A stretch of 64,000 nucleotides of DNA from an uncultured Planctomycetota bacterium (GCA_963845755.1 CAWJTV010000041.1:160001-224000); one strand, 5' to 3'. Counted from the first letter of the stretch, positions 22,494-33,537 are shown. The notes: generated by a model not told the origin, from the sequence alone. Numbers and translations: made by a program.

Positions 22494-23265
22494 TCAATGG
22501 CCATGTCCGCCGGCCGAGGAACCTCCATCGGCCTCGAGACTGCCGGTGAGCATGGCGTGCTTGACTTCCTGGATCGCCCGGGTCACGTGGATCTCGCGGG
22601 GGCACGCGCTGGTGCAGTTGAAGACGGTGCGGCAGCGCCAGACGCCCTCGGCGTCGTTGAGGATCTCGAGCCGGTCCGCGGCCGCCTGATCGCGCGAGTC
22701 GAAGATGAACCGGTGGGCGTTGACGATCGCCGCCGGGCCCACGTAGCGCTCGTTCCCCCAGAATGGCGGGCAGGCGGTCGTGCAGCAGGCGCAGAGGATG
22801 CACTTGGTCGTGTCGTCGAACCGCGCGCGCTTGCTCGGGCGACTGAAGCCGCTCGGTGGTCGGCGGCGGATCGTCGTTGACCAGGTAGGGCATGACCGAC
22901 TTGTAATGATCGAAGAACGGCTTCATGTCAACGATCAGGTCCTTGATCACCGGCAGGCCGAGGATCGGCTCGACGGTCATGACGTCGGAAGCCAGCGAAC
23001 GGACCAGGGTCTTGCAGGCCAGGAGGTTCGAACCGTTGATTCGCATGGCGTCGGAGCCGCAGACCCCGTGCGCGCACGACCGACGCAGGCCCAGCGAATC
23101 GTCCTGGTTGTCCTTGATCCGCAAGAGCACGTCGAGGACGCGGTCCATCGGATCGGCGGACAACTTGAACTCCTGCCAGCGCGGAGGGTCGTCGCGCTCG
23201 GGATCATACCGCTTGATCCGGACCGTCAGGTTCCGCAACGCGTGGTCGGTCGTTGTTGGGCTCAT
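22494..23265 (-). CDS. sdhB: Succinate dehydrogenase Fe-S subunit (frameshift ~22830)
   Basis: SCAHGVCGSD...LAC, KCILCACCTTACP (shifted frame), WRCRTVFNCTSACP. Confidence 0.95.
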
Positions 23266-23564
23266 GAGGGATTACCAGCCTTTTCTGCGGTCGGTTCGTC
23301 CGCTTCGGCATACGCCGCCATCTCCGCCGGGGTGTTGGTGAAGAGGAACTCAATCCATCTGTGGTCTTCCTCGTCGAGGGTGTCGTAGACCCGTCCCCAG
23401 ACGAGTTCTTGCCGTTCCCAGTCTTCCATTCCCTCAAACGTTGTGGAGATGATGTTCCCCAGGTATCGGTAAGGATCGCCCTCCTTGACTTGGACTTCGA
23501 GCGATTCCAGATGTCCTTCCATGCTGCGGGTCAGTAATTCCTTGTAATGTTCGAGTTCATTCAT
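23262..23564 (-). CDS. Small acidic protein with MNT-C-half/BolA-like pattern
   Basis: GAGGAGG RBS; IISTTFEGMEDWERQELVW...FLFTNTPAEM; its stop overlaps the sdhB ATG. Confidence 0.7.
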   Translation of the reverse strand: MNELEHYKELLTRSMEGHLESLEVQVKEGDPYRYLGNIISTTFEGMEDWERQELVWGRVYDTLDEEDHRWIEFLFTNTPAEMAAYAEADEPTAEKAGNPS

Positions 23565-23574
23565 GGCTTCCTCC

Positions 23575-24210
23575 TCAGGGCGGTGGGAGATTCCTAACTT
23601 CAGCCAACAATTCATTCCCGAACCGGCGGACGATGCTGCTCCATCTCTCGATCGTCGCCTTGCCTATCGAGAGGGCCATGTGGTGCCCTCGCCCCGAAAC
23701 GTCGTTTCTGTCCAGACGGTGGGCAATCTGGTGTCGTCGCGACATGAGTGCCCTCAACGGCTTGGCATAGGAGCTCATCAACCGTTCTTTCGTCTTCTGG
23801 GTCAGGCCAACCTGCCCCAGAAGTTTGGCGATGTCCTCGGGATTATTGTAACTCGACCTGTTGAGGTAGGCGATCACCGACTTTGAGATGATGTATTCCA
23901 CGGGGCGATCTCGGTGCGCCGCCAGGTCGCCCAGGGTCAGGGTCGTCCTCCGGCCATCTCCTCCAACGAAGGGGATTTGCGACAAGACTTCGGTGCTCGC
24001 CGCGGGGAGTCTCCACTCGGCCAGATTCCGGAGTAGGTCTTCGAGAGAAGCATGGAGGAAGATCACCGCCGTTCGAAGCAATTCCGCTTCCTGGACGCTG
24101 GGCCGTCCCGAAGTTAAGCCGGTCACCCGGTCGTACAAATCAACCAAGCTCCTGACACGATCCAGGTTCTCGCGGAATCGGCCTTCCAGGGCGACCAAGA
24201 GGTCTTCCAT
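23575..24210 (-). CDS. HEPN-domain protein (RiboL-PSP-HEPN-like)
   Basis: Helical-looking sequence; LLRTAVIFLHASLEDLL N-terminal helix; Rx4H motif RHQIAH. Confidence 0.8.
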   Translation of the reverse strand: MEDLLVALEGRFRENLDRVRSLVDLYDRVTGLTSGRPSVQEAELLRTAVIFLHASLEDLLRNLAEWRLPAASTEVLSQIPFVGGDGRRTTLTLGDLAAHRDRPVEYIISKSVIAYLNRSSYNNPEDIAKLLGQVGLTQKTKERLMSSYAKPLRALMSRRHQIAHRLDRNDVSGRGHHMALSIGKATIERWSSIVRRFGNELLAEVRNLPPP

Positions 24211-24259
24211 GTCCCTGTCCCATGTCGAGCGATCTCGAACCGCCCGGAACCCTGCGAAT

Positions 24260-26117
24260 TCAATACTTCCGGATCTCCAGCGGATACTTGGGAACGCGCC
24301 GGCCGTCCTTATCGATCATGATGACGTCAACATCTTTGTAAACCACGCTGGTCTGGTTCACGCCGGCGGTGTAGACGAAAGAGTGCTTGAAGAACTCATC
24401 GTCGTTGCGATTGGGGAAATCCTCGCGAGAGTGGGCGCCACGGCTTTCGGTCCGGGCCAGCGCGGCGGCCACGGTCGCCTCGGAGAGGTCGAGGAGATTG
24501 CCCAATTCGAGGATCTCGAGCAAGTTGGTGTTGAAGACTGAGCCCTTGTCCTGCACGCCGAGGTTGCGGTATCGGTCCTTCATGGAGGCGATGTCGTCGC
24601 GGGCGCGGGTCAAGGTCTCGGCGGTCCGGTAGACACCGCAGTTGTCCATCATGGTGGTCTGCATCTCGTCGCGGATCCTGGCCCAGGGCTCGGTCTTCGG
24701 GCGGGAGAGCAGGCCGTCGATCTCGGCCTTCGCGGCGGTTTCGGGGTTGGAGGGGAGGTGCTCGAATTCGCAACGGCTTGCGTACTCGGCCATCGCCCTG
24801 CCGGTGCGACGGCCGTAGACCACCAGGTCGACGAGGCTGTTGGTGCCCAGGCGGTTGGCCCCGTGGACGCTCAGGCAGGCGCTCTCTCCCGCCGAGTACA
24901 GACCGGGTACCACCGAGCCGGAGACGTCGCGGAGGATCTGGCCGTGGAGGTTGGTCGGCAGGCCCCCCATCGCAGTAATGCGCCGTCGGCTGGATCGGCA
25001 TCGGCTCACGGATCGGGTCCACACCCAGATAAGTCCGGGCGAACTCGATGATGTCGGGCAGCCGCGACTCGACCCAGGCGCTATCCACGTCGCGGTCCGG
25101 GTGCAGCGGGCTCGTCTTGTACTTGTTCATCGTCTCGGCGCGGATGTCCAGATAGACGTAATCCTTGCCGTTGACGCCCCGGCCGGCGCGGACTTCCTGG
25201 TAGATCGAGCGGGAGCACACGTCTCGGCTCGCCAGGTCCTTGAGGTTCGGGGCATAACGCTCCATGAACCGCTCGCCCTGGCCGTTGAACATGATCCCGC
25301 CATCGCCGCGGCAGGCCTCGCTCAGGAGGATGCCCAGCCGGTAGATGCCCGTCGGATGGAACTGGTAGAACTCCATGTCCTCGAGCGGCAGGCCATGGCG
25401 GTAAGCGATCGCCGGCCCGTCGCCCGTCAGGGCATAGGCGTTGGACGAGACCTTGAACATCCGGCCGAACCCGCCGGTGGCCAGGAGCACGCTCTTGGCG
25501 TGGAAAACGTGGAGCTGGCCGGTGGCGATCTCCAGCGCGACGATGCCGCGGCATTCGCCGTCCTGGAGGATCAGGTCGACCATATGGTACTCGTCGAAGA
25601 AGGTCACCCCCTGCTTGATGCATTGCTGATAGAGGGTCTGAAGGATCATGTGTCCGGTCCGGTCGGCCGAGTGGCAGGACCGCATGACCGGGATTCGCGG
25701 CTTGGCAGCCTCGGTACCCGCCGGCGCCGTTGGGTCGTATTTCGGGTTGGGCTTGGTGTGGCCGCCGAACCGGCGCTGCGAGATCCGGCCCTCGGCCGTG
25801 CGGTCGAATGGCAGGCCCATGTGCTCCAGGTCGTAGATGCACTCGACCGCCTCTCGGCAGAGGATCTCGGCGGCGGTCTGGTCGACCAGGAAGTCGCCTC
25901 CCTTGATCGTATCGTAGGCGTGGTTCTCCCACGAGTCGTTCTCGAGGTTGGCGAGCGCCGCGGCGATCCCTCCCTGCGCCGCCCCGGTGTGCGACCGTGT
26001 GGGATAGAGCTTGCTCACCACCGCCGTGCCCACGCGCCGGCTCGACTCCAGGGCCGCCATCAGGCCCGCCCCGCCGGCCCCCACGATCACGCAATCAAAT
26101 CGATGGTAATTGTTCAT
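24260..26117 (-). CDS. sdhA: Succinate dehydrogenase flavoprotein (frameshift ~24975)
   Basis: [53 protein letters not shown]. Confidence 0.97.
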
Positions 26118-26185
26118 GGTGCCTGAACTCGAGCAAGAGTCACGGAACTCGACCCGCGCGGCGAACCCGGCGGCCGGCGCCTCAC

Positions 26186-26692
26186 TCACGGCGCCGGGAC
26201 CGTTGCCAACCCGGTCGCCGGCAGGGGCGCGGGCATCGCCGATGGGGGCGACGCCACGGCCGGTCGCTGAACCAGCTCCCCATGACGATTGGCCCGTCTC
26301 TGGTTGATGTAGCCCTGGTCCTTCTCGAACATCAAGATCGCATAGGTGCCGATCGTCATCAGGAAGATCGCCCCGCACCAGATCAAGGTGCGCGTCAGCA
26401 CCCGCCGGCCGGGGCGGATTACGTACTCATCCAGCACCTGGCGCAAGCCGTTGCCGCCGTGGAGGACCGCCAGGTTGATCATCGTCAGGTCCCAGAGCCG
26501 CCAGAAGACGCCCGTGGTCGGATCGCCCCACCGGCCGGCTACGAACTCGTAATTGACGTTCTCCACATTGTTGAGGATGTGGGTGATCAGCAAGTGCCCC
26601 AGCGCCAGGAACACGAGGACCAGGCCCGAGATCCGCATGAAGAACCACGCCGCCAGTTCGAAACCGCCCGCCGGCTTGAGATGCCTTTTCAT
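26186..26692 (-). CDS. sdhD: Succinate dehydrogenase membrane anchor
   Basis: [19 protein letters not shown]...VAGRW...[13 protein letters not shown]. Confidence 0.9.
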   Translation of the reverse strand: MKRHLKPAGGFELAAWFFMRISGLVLVFLALGHLLITHILNNVENVNYEFVAGRWGDPTTGVFWRLWDLTMINLAVLHGGNGLRQVLDEYVIRPGRRVLTRTLIWCGAIFLMTIGTYAILMFEKDQGYINQRRANRHGELVQRPAVASPPSAMPAPLPATGLATVPAP

Positions 26693-26780
26693 CGTCGTCA
26701 ACCTTCCCGCCCCATGTCGTGTCGAATGCCTTGCGAGGAGCGTCATCCCCGTTTTCCCGAAACGTCTACTATCGAACGCG

Positions 26781-27284
26781 TTAACGGATCAGGTGCCCCG
26801 GCGGTTCGGCCAGTGCGGCCAGCACGACAAAGGTCACGGGGAGCATGATCGCCGCGAACACCCCCATCGCGATCCAAAAGGCCACCTTCTGGTTGTCCGC
26901 CGTCTTGGGCCAGAAGTCGAAGAGCACGATCCGTACGCCGTTGACGGCGTGGAATAACACACAGGCGATCAAGGCCAGCTCGCCTGCGCGAAAGCCCCAG
27001 CGGAGGATCGGGTAGTAGCCATTAATTCCCCAGATCTCTGGGAGGCCCGAGACGACCCCACCATAGATGTCAACCGTGTGATCATAGACGCCGGGCCAGG
27101 CCACCACCAGGAACGTGTCGATGATGTGAACGATCAGAAAGAGTAGGATTCCGAGCCCCGTCACGCGGTGAATCAGCCAGGCCCACTGGCCGACCCCGCC
27201 GCCGTAGCGCAGACCTTCGAGGAAACGAGACCAGGCGCCGCGGTGGTAAACTCGCGGACTCCGGAGCGTCGGTGATCGCGACAT
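26781..27284 (-). CDS. sdhC: Succinate dehydrogenase cytochrome b556 subunit
   Basis: WAWLIHRVTGLGILLFLIVHIIDT...FHAVNGVRIVLFDFW. Confidence 0.92.
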   Translation of the reverse strand: MSRSPTLRSPRVYHRGAWSRFLEGLRYGGGVGQWAWLIHRVTGLGILLFLIVHIIDTFLVVAWPGVYDHTVDIYGGVVSGLPEIWGINGYYPILRWGFRAGELALIACVLFHAVNGVRIVLFDFWPKTADNQKVAFWIAMGVFAAIMLPVTFVVLAALAEPPGHLIR

Positions 27285-27785
27285 TGCATCGGGATCCTGG
27301 GAATGAAGGAGGTCGATCGGGGAGGGTACCGGATGGAGTCATCGCCGCGATGTCGTCGCAACAGCCGCCCAAGAACACGCCGCCTCCTTGAGGGACATTC
27401 TGGTGCGGACCTGCCACGAAACCGACGCCTCGCACGCAGCGATCCGAATCGCTCCACCGGTGTGGGTTGAGCACAGCCAAGCTCAACTCGGTATGCCTGA
27501 GCCTTTGTAGAGCGAACAAAGCGCGGAATCAAGGGGGGAGCGGGGCAAAAGATTCCCCGCGGTCGAAGATCGCGGTCCTTCGACCGTCAATTCCGCAAGC
27601 CGGATGAGCCCGAAACCAGGAGAAATGAGGGCTCTGGGTGCCGGCGATTGAGTCCGTCGGCGAACGCGCGGCAGCGGGAAGTGAGATCACTCCCGAATCA
27701 GCCTTCGTCCGGTCATGGGCCAGTCTGAACGAGACTCGATCGTCTCGCCTCTCCTGTGGAGAAAAAAGCTGGCCGACAACCCCGT

Positions 27786-28151
27786 TTACCGAGCGAGTTG
27801 GAGACGGGTGGCGGACATGAAGCCATTGTACGACGGCCGCCCCACCGCGAGGACCGGGCTGCCATGACACAGGTTTTCACTCAGATCCTCCAACCAGATC
27901 CGATCGGGGACCAGCGACGATTCGGCTTCCACGATCACCAGATCTTTCGGACGACCGCGCGGCGCCACCTGCAACACCAGGCGACCCCCCAACGATGCCG
28001 GATCCGACGACTCAACCCATGAGTCCACGATCGCGCCTGTGATGACCATCTCGGATTCCATCCTGATATTCTCCTCTTGCCCGAGCGGTTTTTGGACAAC
28101 CCGCGTATGCATCTCTACCTCGTCCCTCTGTTGATCGTGCACATCCATCAT
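27786..28151 (-). CDS. Hypothetical protein, possible OB fold
   Basis: VITGAIV...LVIVEA...LSENLCHGSPVLAVGR...ATRLQL strand pattern. Confidence 0.5.
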   Translation of the reverse strand: MMDVHDQQRDEVEMHTRVVQKPLGQEENIRMESEMVITGAIVDSWVESSDPASLGGRLVLQVAPRGRPKDLVIVEAESSLVPDRIWLEDLSENLCHGSPVLAVGRPSYNGFMSATRLQLAR

Positions 28152-28664
28152 AGCAGTCAAGAAACTGAGGTCAAGGGATCCTGGAGAAAAATTTCCTTGC
28201 GGAATTCATGGTGATCCCCGTCTTGAGAGCAGTCGATGAGAGCGAGATGATCCACTACGAAATTCGTAATTGGGATCCGCCTCGCGACAATTAGTCTCGC
28301 TCCACCACAATTCAGCCCATTGGAACCGAGTGCCTTTCCGTTCATCGCCAGTGACACAGCCAGATTATTAAGGCAGTGAGCGACATCAAGGTCGGAATCC
28401 CGATAAAGAATCCGGAGCCAGCTCAATGGAAGTCCTAAACTCGCGATGATCGAAACGGCCAGTGGTTCCTGCGATTAGGTCCAAGACGCAATTCACATGG
28501 GAAAAATCCCCGCCAAACGCCTAGGAAAGCGGATCTTAGCATTCTCGGTAAACACGCATCAAGGAGGTAGGCATTTCGTTTCGAAATTTATGGCAGAATT
28601 CGAAAGAGAGGACCTCGAGTTCAAGTCGAATTAAGGGAAGTACTTGAGGACAATACGTCAGACT

Positions 28665-29723
28665 TCACAACAATGTTGAGTTGACGTGGAGGCGATCGGC
28701 GAGGTCGACCAACTTGGCCCAATGTTGATCATCCAGGGGAATCCCGTGGGCGTTCCGGTCCTTCAGGATATGGCGCTCGGGGTCTCCAGGAAGGAGGATG
28801 GCCTCGTGGTCATGCGTTCGTGGGGTCGTGCGGATGGACTCGGCCAGGCCCGAGGCCTGGTCCGTCAGGTAGTCACTTCCGGCAAACCGAGCTGGATCCA
28901 TGACGAGGAAGAAGACATTATTGCCGGGGACTCTCCGATGCATCGCATGACTGCAAGGGCCGCCGGAGAGGCCACCCGCCCAGAGGTCGAGGATCAGGCT
29001 CAGGCCGAATCCTTTGTAGGACTGGGCACCACCGAGGGGCAGGATCATCCCCAGTGGTGGCTCATACAGAACGGACGGATCGGTGGTAGGCTCGCCGCGG
29101 TGGTCCAGGAGCCATCCCTCGGGCACGGGGTGTTTCCTGATGTAATAGCCCCGGACCTTCCCCTCGGCGACGACGCTGGTCCCGAAGTCGACCACGATCG
29201 GCGCGTCGCGATCGGAGGTCGGCACAGCCGAGCAGAAGGGGTTCGTGCTGAGTCGGGGCTCGCGCCCTCCCCGGCGGGGCCACGCGCTTTGCGGCACCGC
29301 CGTTATTGACCGTCGCCATCAACACGAGCCCCAGCCCGGCGGCGCGCTCGGCATATTCGCCCAGCCGGCCGATGTGTCCGCAGTCCCGGGCCGCCCCGAC
29401 GGCGACCCCCAGCGCCCGAGCCTTGGGGATTACCAGGTCCAGCAGCCGGTGCGCCTGGATTTGCCCCAGGCCCCATTGACCGTCGCAAACCACCAGCGCA
29501 GGCGTCTCCTGCAAGATCTCGAGAGCCACGCCAGGGCGGTATTCGCCACGCTGGATGAACTCGACATACTGGGGAAGCCGCATCACCCCGTGCGAATCGT
29601 GACCCCGCAGGTTCGCCCCGACCAGGCTGCTTGCCACCACCAGCGACTCGTCGGGCGGAACACCGGCGGCAGTCAGCAGGTCGCTGGCAAACCCCGTCAA
29701 CACCGGGCGCTGATCGTTCGCAA
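28665..29723 (-). CDS. Ldh_2-family (malate/L-lactate/ureidoglycolate) dehydrogenase; frameshifts ~29280 and ~29700
   Basis: ANLRGHDSHG, GHIGRLGEYAE, STNP, VVDFGTSVVAEGKV, YKGFGL, LLPGDPE. Confidence 0.9.
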
Positions 29724-30406
29724 GGGGGGACTCCCTATTCTGTGGGCCGTGACGCGTCGGCGGTTCGCGCTGGTCCGGGAAGGAAGACTTCCAACATGAG
29801 GATTCTCCGCATCTCGTATCCTTCGGGAAATTCCCTTCGATTTTGATCGCTCGATCATCCGGTTGCAATCGCCCACCCGAACTTGATTGATCCGAGCCTT
29901 CTTTGATGAGGTAGTCACGGTTACTCGCCAGAATAGGCTGTAATGTCCTGCAAGGATCCTCAGGGCAGGAGTGATCCCTCACGGCGAGTCCTGTATGGCG
30001 TCAAGTTGTTCGTACATAAGACGTTCCGTCTCGACCCCAAGCTCTTTAAGGAGATGAGACGAGAAGTGATTCGGGCGGCGATTTCAAGAAATCCGTCACG
30101 GTTTTTTGGGGACCGCGTCAATCATTCCAGGGGTCTACTGCGTCTATCTCTTGAGGGTGTTCCTCCACCGGATCGCGACACCATGCGCGCCTCTGGGGGA
30201 TTTGCGATGCCGGATTCGAGATGGCCGACGGGGAAGATTGGGCGATTGGGAATCTGGAATTTCGCAACCTTATGGAATTGCAGCCGAAGACCACATCAGG
30301 AAGGACGATAATTCGGTACGTGCTTCGCGACGGATTGCCCTGATACCGGCTTGAGCCTCCGCCCGGGTGGCGTATATCGGAACAGAGATCGAGGACGAAT
30401 TCAACG

Positions 30407-30985
30407 ATGGCAACCAGGGAATTGCTCATGGAGTCCAGCTTGGCGGGAGAGCCTGGTGACCTGCATGGGTTGCGACTCGACCTGTTGCGGCGCGCTGTGG
30501 AAATCTACCTTGAGGTGGCCTACCCCGCTGGGGTGCTCCCCGAAGCGGTGCAGCGCCGGCTAAACTGGCGCGCGGACTGCGCGGCCGACGACCTTCTGAA
30601 CGGTCCTCAATTCGAGCGGGCCGGCAAGGCACCCGGTCGCCAGACGGCCATCTACGCGCTGCGGCTGGGGAATCACCGTTATCCTCACATGAAGCTACAG
30701 ATCCAGCCATGGCCCACCGAGGCGGGCTTCATGCTGTCGGTCAACACCCACGATCAGGTCGCCGGGGTCAATCTCAGCGAGGTGGATGCCCAGGCGTTCC
30801 GCGACCTCCAGGCCGAGAACCAGCGCCTCAAGGAAGCCATCGAACGAGAGTGGGACGAGGCCGGCCTACCGACGTTCAACCGCTACCTCCGCGATTACAT
30901 CGAGAGCCGGAGAGATGACGGAGCGGTTTCCGGCCGAGAGGATCAGCCCAAGAACGGGTCGGACGCGACCTCATCGCCACCATGA
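30407..30985 (+). CDS. Hypothetical protein
   Basis: 192-aa ORF with host-like codon use; motifs LRLGNHRYPHMKL and VNTHD. Confidence 0.75.
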   Translation: MATRELLMESSLAGEPGDLHGLRLDLLRRAVEIYLEVAYPAGVLPEAVQRRLNWRADCAADDLLNGPQFERAGKAPGRQTAIYALRLGNHRYPHMKLQIQPWPTEAGFMLSVNTHDQVAGVNLSEVDAQAFRDLQAENQRLKEAIEREWDEAGLPTFNRYLRDYIESRRDDGAVSGREDQPKNGSDATSSPP

Positions 30986-31158
30986 CGCGGGTGGACGAAT
31001 AGTTGACACCACCCAGCCTCTGGACGGCAGTATCGCATCTGACACTCTCGAGGCATGGCGAAGAAGGCGATTCCCTTGATCCCGCCGACCTGCAGTCACG
31101 GGAGTCGCGTCCCACAAGAGATCATTGGATGAGATTCTCGAATCGCTGTTGGTTCTCA

Positions 31159-31245
31159 GCGGCGCTCGAGCATGAGGCGCTGGCCGAGGGCGTCGGCCTG
31201 AACCAGTTGGTCGTGACCAAGTTGCCCATCGGCCTCGGAGTTTGA
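31159..31245 (+). pseudogene. Remnant of a HicB-family antitoxin C-terminal (RHH) region
   Basis: AALEHEALAEGVGLNQLVVTKL resembles the AxxEGVSLNQ HicB tail; the upstream part is not recognisable. Confidence 0.5.
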
Positions 31246-31313
31246 CCGGACTGGCCCCTGGGGAGCAAATGGTCACACATCTTGAGGCCCGGGATTCCGA
31301 GGTGCCGATCTGA

Positions 31314-32636
31314 CTATCGTTGCACAGCGTTGGGCGGATCCGTGTCCGAGACCCCCTCGACGGCCGAGGAGCGTGGCAGGAGGAGCGAGAACGTCGAGCC
31401 CTCTCCGGGTGTGCTGTTGACGTCGACGCGGCCGCCATGCAGCTCCACGAAGGTCTTGACCAGCCAGAGTCCCAGGCCGATGCCCCGCTTGCGATACTGA
31501 TACTCGCCCGAGGAATGGCGGAGGGTATCGAAACTGGTGAAGAACGGCTCGAAAAGGTATTGCTGATCCGCGGGAGGCACGCCCACGCCCTCGTCGCGGA
31601 TGTGCACCCGGACCCAGTCCGGCTCGGCGTGGGCGCCGATCCGGATCGTGCCTCCGTCCGGTGTGAACTTGATGGCGTTGGCCAGGAGGTTGACCAGCGC
31701 ATCGCTGAGCTTGTCCCGATCGGCTTCAATCGGGTCCATATCCGGCTCGACCTCCAGGACCACCGATTGACCCCGAAGCTCCAGATAGGGAGTCAGCTCG
31801 TCGATCGTGCCCCGCAACAGGGGCTCGATCGCGACGGGCTCCCGTTCGACAGAGCGGCCGAACTCCCCGTTCCGCACCAACTTGAGCATGCGCTCGACCG
31901 TCCGGGCCAGCCGCTGGGCCGCTGCGCCGATGCGGTCGACCCATTGCCGTTGCCCGGTCGCCGCGTCGGGAGCCAGGGACATCTTCCACAACTCGATCAT
32001 CCCCAGGACCACGCTCACCGGCGTATTCAGCTCATGGCTGGCAACTTCGATGAACGCTCCTTTGAGCCGGTTGGCCTCGGTCAACTTGGTATTAGCGGCC
32101 TGGAGCTGGGCCACCAACCGGTTCTTCTCGACGATCAGGTTGTGGTGCTCGACAGCCTGCCGCACCACGGCTTCCAGCTCCTCGGGGTCCCAGGGCTTGG
32201 CGAGGTATCGGAAGACATGCCCTTGATTGATCGCTTCGATGACGGTCCGAATATCCGCATACGCCGTGAACAAAAGCCGGGTGGTTTCCGGCCGAATGGC
32301 CTTGGCCTGCCGAAGCAGCTCCACGCCGCTCATCTCGGGCATCCGCTGATCGGACATGATGACGTGGACAAATTCGGGAGAGCGGAGGACATCCAGCGCT
32401 CGGAAGCCGGTCCCGCAGGTGATGACCCGATAATCCATACGCAGGAGGTCATGGACGGAGCTCAAGACTTCCGGCTCGTCGTCGACCACCAGCAAGGTCG
32501 GGCGGACGCGATGGACACGGTCATCGCCCGCCTCGAAGGAGGACGGGCTAACCGTCGCGGTGAGCGTCGAAGCAGACGCCGTGGGATCGGCGGTGGTACC
32601 GGAGGAAGCGGATGCGGTCGGGGTCTTGGGTTCCAA
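31314..32636 (-). CDS. Hybrid REC-HisKA-HATPase sensor kinase
   Basis: LLVVDDE, MSDQRMP, KPW; H-box SHELNTP; NLLANAIKFT, DEGVG, GIGLGL. Confidence 0.95.
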   Translation of the reverse strand: MEPKTPTASASSGTTADPTASASTLTATVSPSSFEAGDDRVHRVRPTLLVVDDEPEVLSSVHDLLRMDYRVITCGTGFRALDVLRSPEFVHVIMSDQRMPEMSGVELLRQAKAIRPETTRLLFTAYADIRTVIEAINQGHVFRYLAKPWDPEELEAVVRQAVEHHNLIVEKNRLVAQLQAANTKLTEANRLKGAFIEVASHELNTPVSVVLGMIELWKMSLAPDAATGQRQWVDRIGAAAQRLARTVERMLKLVRNGEFGRSVEREPVAIEPLLRGTIDELTPYLELRGQSVVLEVEPDMDPIEADRDKLSDALVNLLANAIKFTPDGGTIRIGAHAEPDWVRVHIRDEGVGVPPADQQYLFEPFFTSFDTLRHSSGEYQYRKRGIGLGLWLVKTFVELHGGRVDVNSTPGEGSTFSLLLPRSSAVEGVSDTDPPNAVQR

Positions 32637-33537
32637 CGTCAGCTCGTTTCCTTGCCGTGGTCCGGATGGGTGGAACTCGGCCCGCTCCGCGCGGGGCAGC
32701 CCGGTCGTCCGCGGTGAAACGCTTGATCAGCGTCACCTCATTGCCCATATCATTGTACTGCATTTCATCGACCATGCCCTGACAGATCAGAAGCCCGAAG
32801 CCGCCGGCGCGGAGGCCGAGCTTCTCGCGTACATCCAGGTGCGTGAATGGGTCGTCGGCGACCGCGGCATGCGGCAGGCGATGCCGGTCGAACCCCGTGC
32901 CTTGATCGCGCACCACGATCTCCAGGCGGTCGTCGTAGACCCGGTAGGTGATCGTCACCAGTCGATCGGAGAGGTGAAGGTTGCCCCATTCGATGGCGTT
33001 ATGGGCCATCTCCATCACCGCCTGCCGCAATTGCATCACCTGATCGTGCTGCAGGGGCGTCAACTGGCAGACCAGCATGAGGAAGTCGTTGAGGTCCTTC
33101 AGCAGGGTGATCTCGCTGTTGAGCTCGACGTGGATCTCCCCCTGGACGGCGCGTTGCTCCATGCTCGCGCGCGAGGCCTGGGCGGCCGAGATTGCCTCGA
33201 ATAGGTCCTCGACTCCGTAGGGTTTGGCGAGATAAGCATTGGCGCCGACCCGAAACCCATGAACACGATGCTGGACGTCATTGAGAGCCGTGAGCATGAC
33301 CACCGGGATCAGCATCGTCGCCGGGTCGGTCCGGAGTCGGCGACAGACGTCGAAGCCATTGATGTCTGGCAGCATGAGGTCCAGGAGCATGACATCAGGC
33401 GCGCACTCCCGTGCCAACCGCAACCCGGTTTCGCCATTGTCGGCGAGGATCGGCTCGTAATCGCGCAGGCGCAGGATGCTCGCAACCAGGTCCGCCTGTT
33501 CCGGGTGGTCCTCCACGATCAGAGCCGTTGCCATCAT
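32548..33537 (-). CDS. Response regulator fused to an RsbW-like (HATPase_c_2) anti-sigma kinase domain
   Basis: LIVED, LLDLMLPD, AKPY; then EMAHNAIEWGN, VRDQGTGFD, GGFGLLI, GNEVTLIK. The true stop may lie near 32640. Confidence 0.9.
   Translation of the reverse strand: MMATALIVEDHPEQADLVASILRLRDYEPILADNGETGLRLARECAPDVMLLDLMLPDINGFDVCRRLRTDPATMLIPVVMLTALNDVQHRVHGFRVGANAYLAKPYGVEDLFEAISAAQASRASMEQRAVQGEIHVELNSEITLLKDLNDFLMLVCQLTPLQHDQVMQLRQAVMEMAHNAIEWGNLHLSDRLVTITYRVYDDRLEIVVRDQGTGFDRHRLPHAAVADDPFTHLDVREKLGLRAGGFGLLICQGMVDEMQYNDMGNEVTLIKRFTADDRAAPRGAGRVPPIRTTARKRADVGTQDPDRIRFLRYHRRSHGVCFDAHRDG

Noticed and set aside
28157..28426. Short ORF containing TPR-like DVAHCLNNLAVSL
   Set aside because: Only one partial motif in a non-coding-looking region. 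At most a relic; not supportable as a gene.
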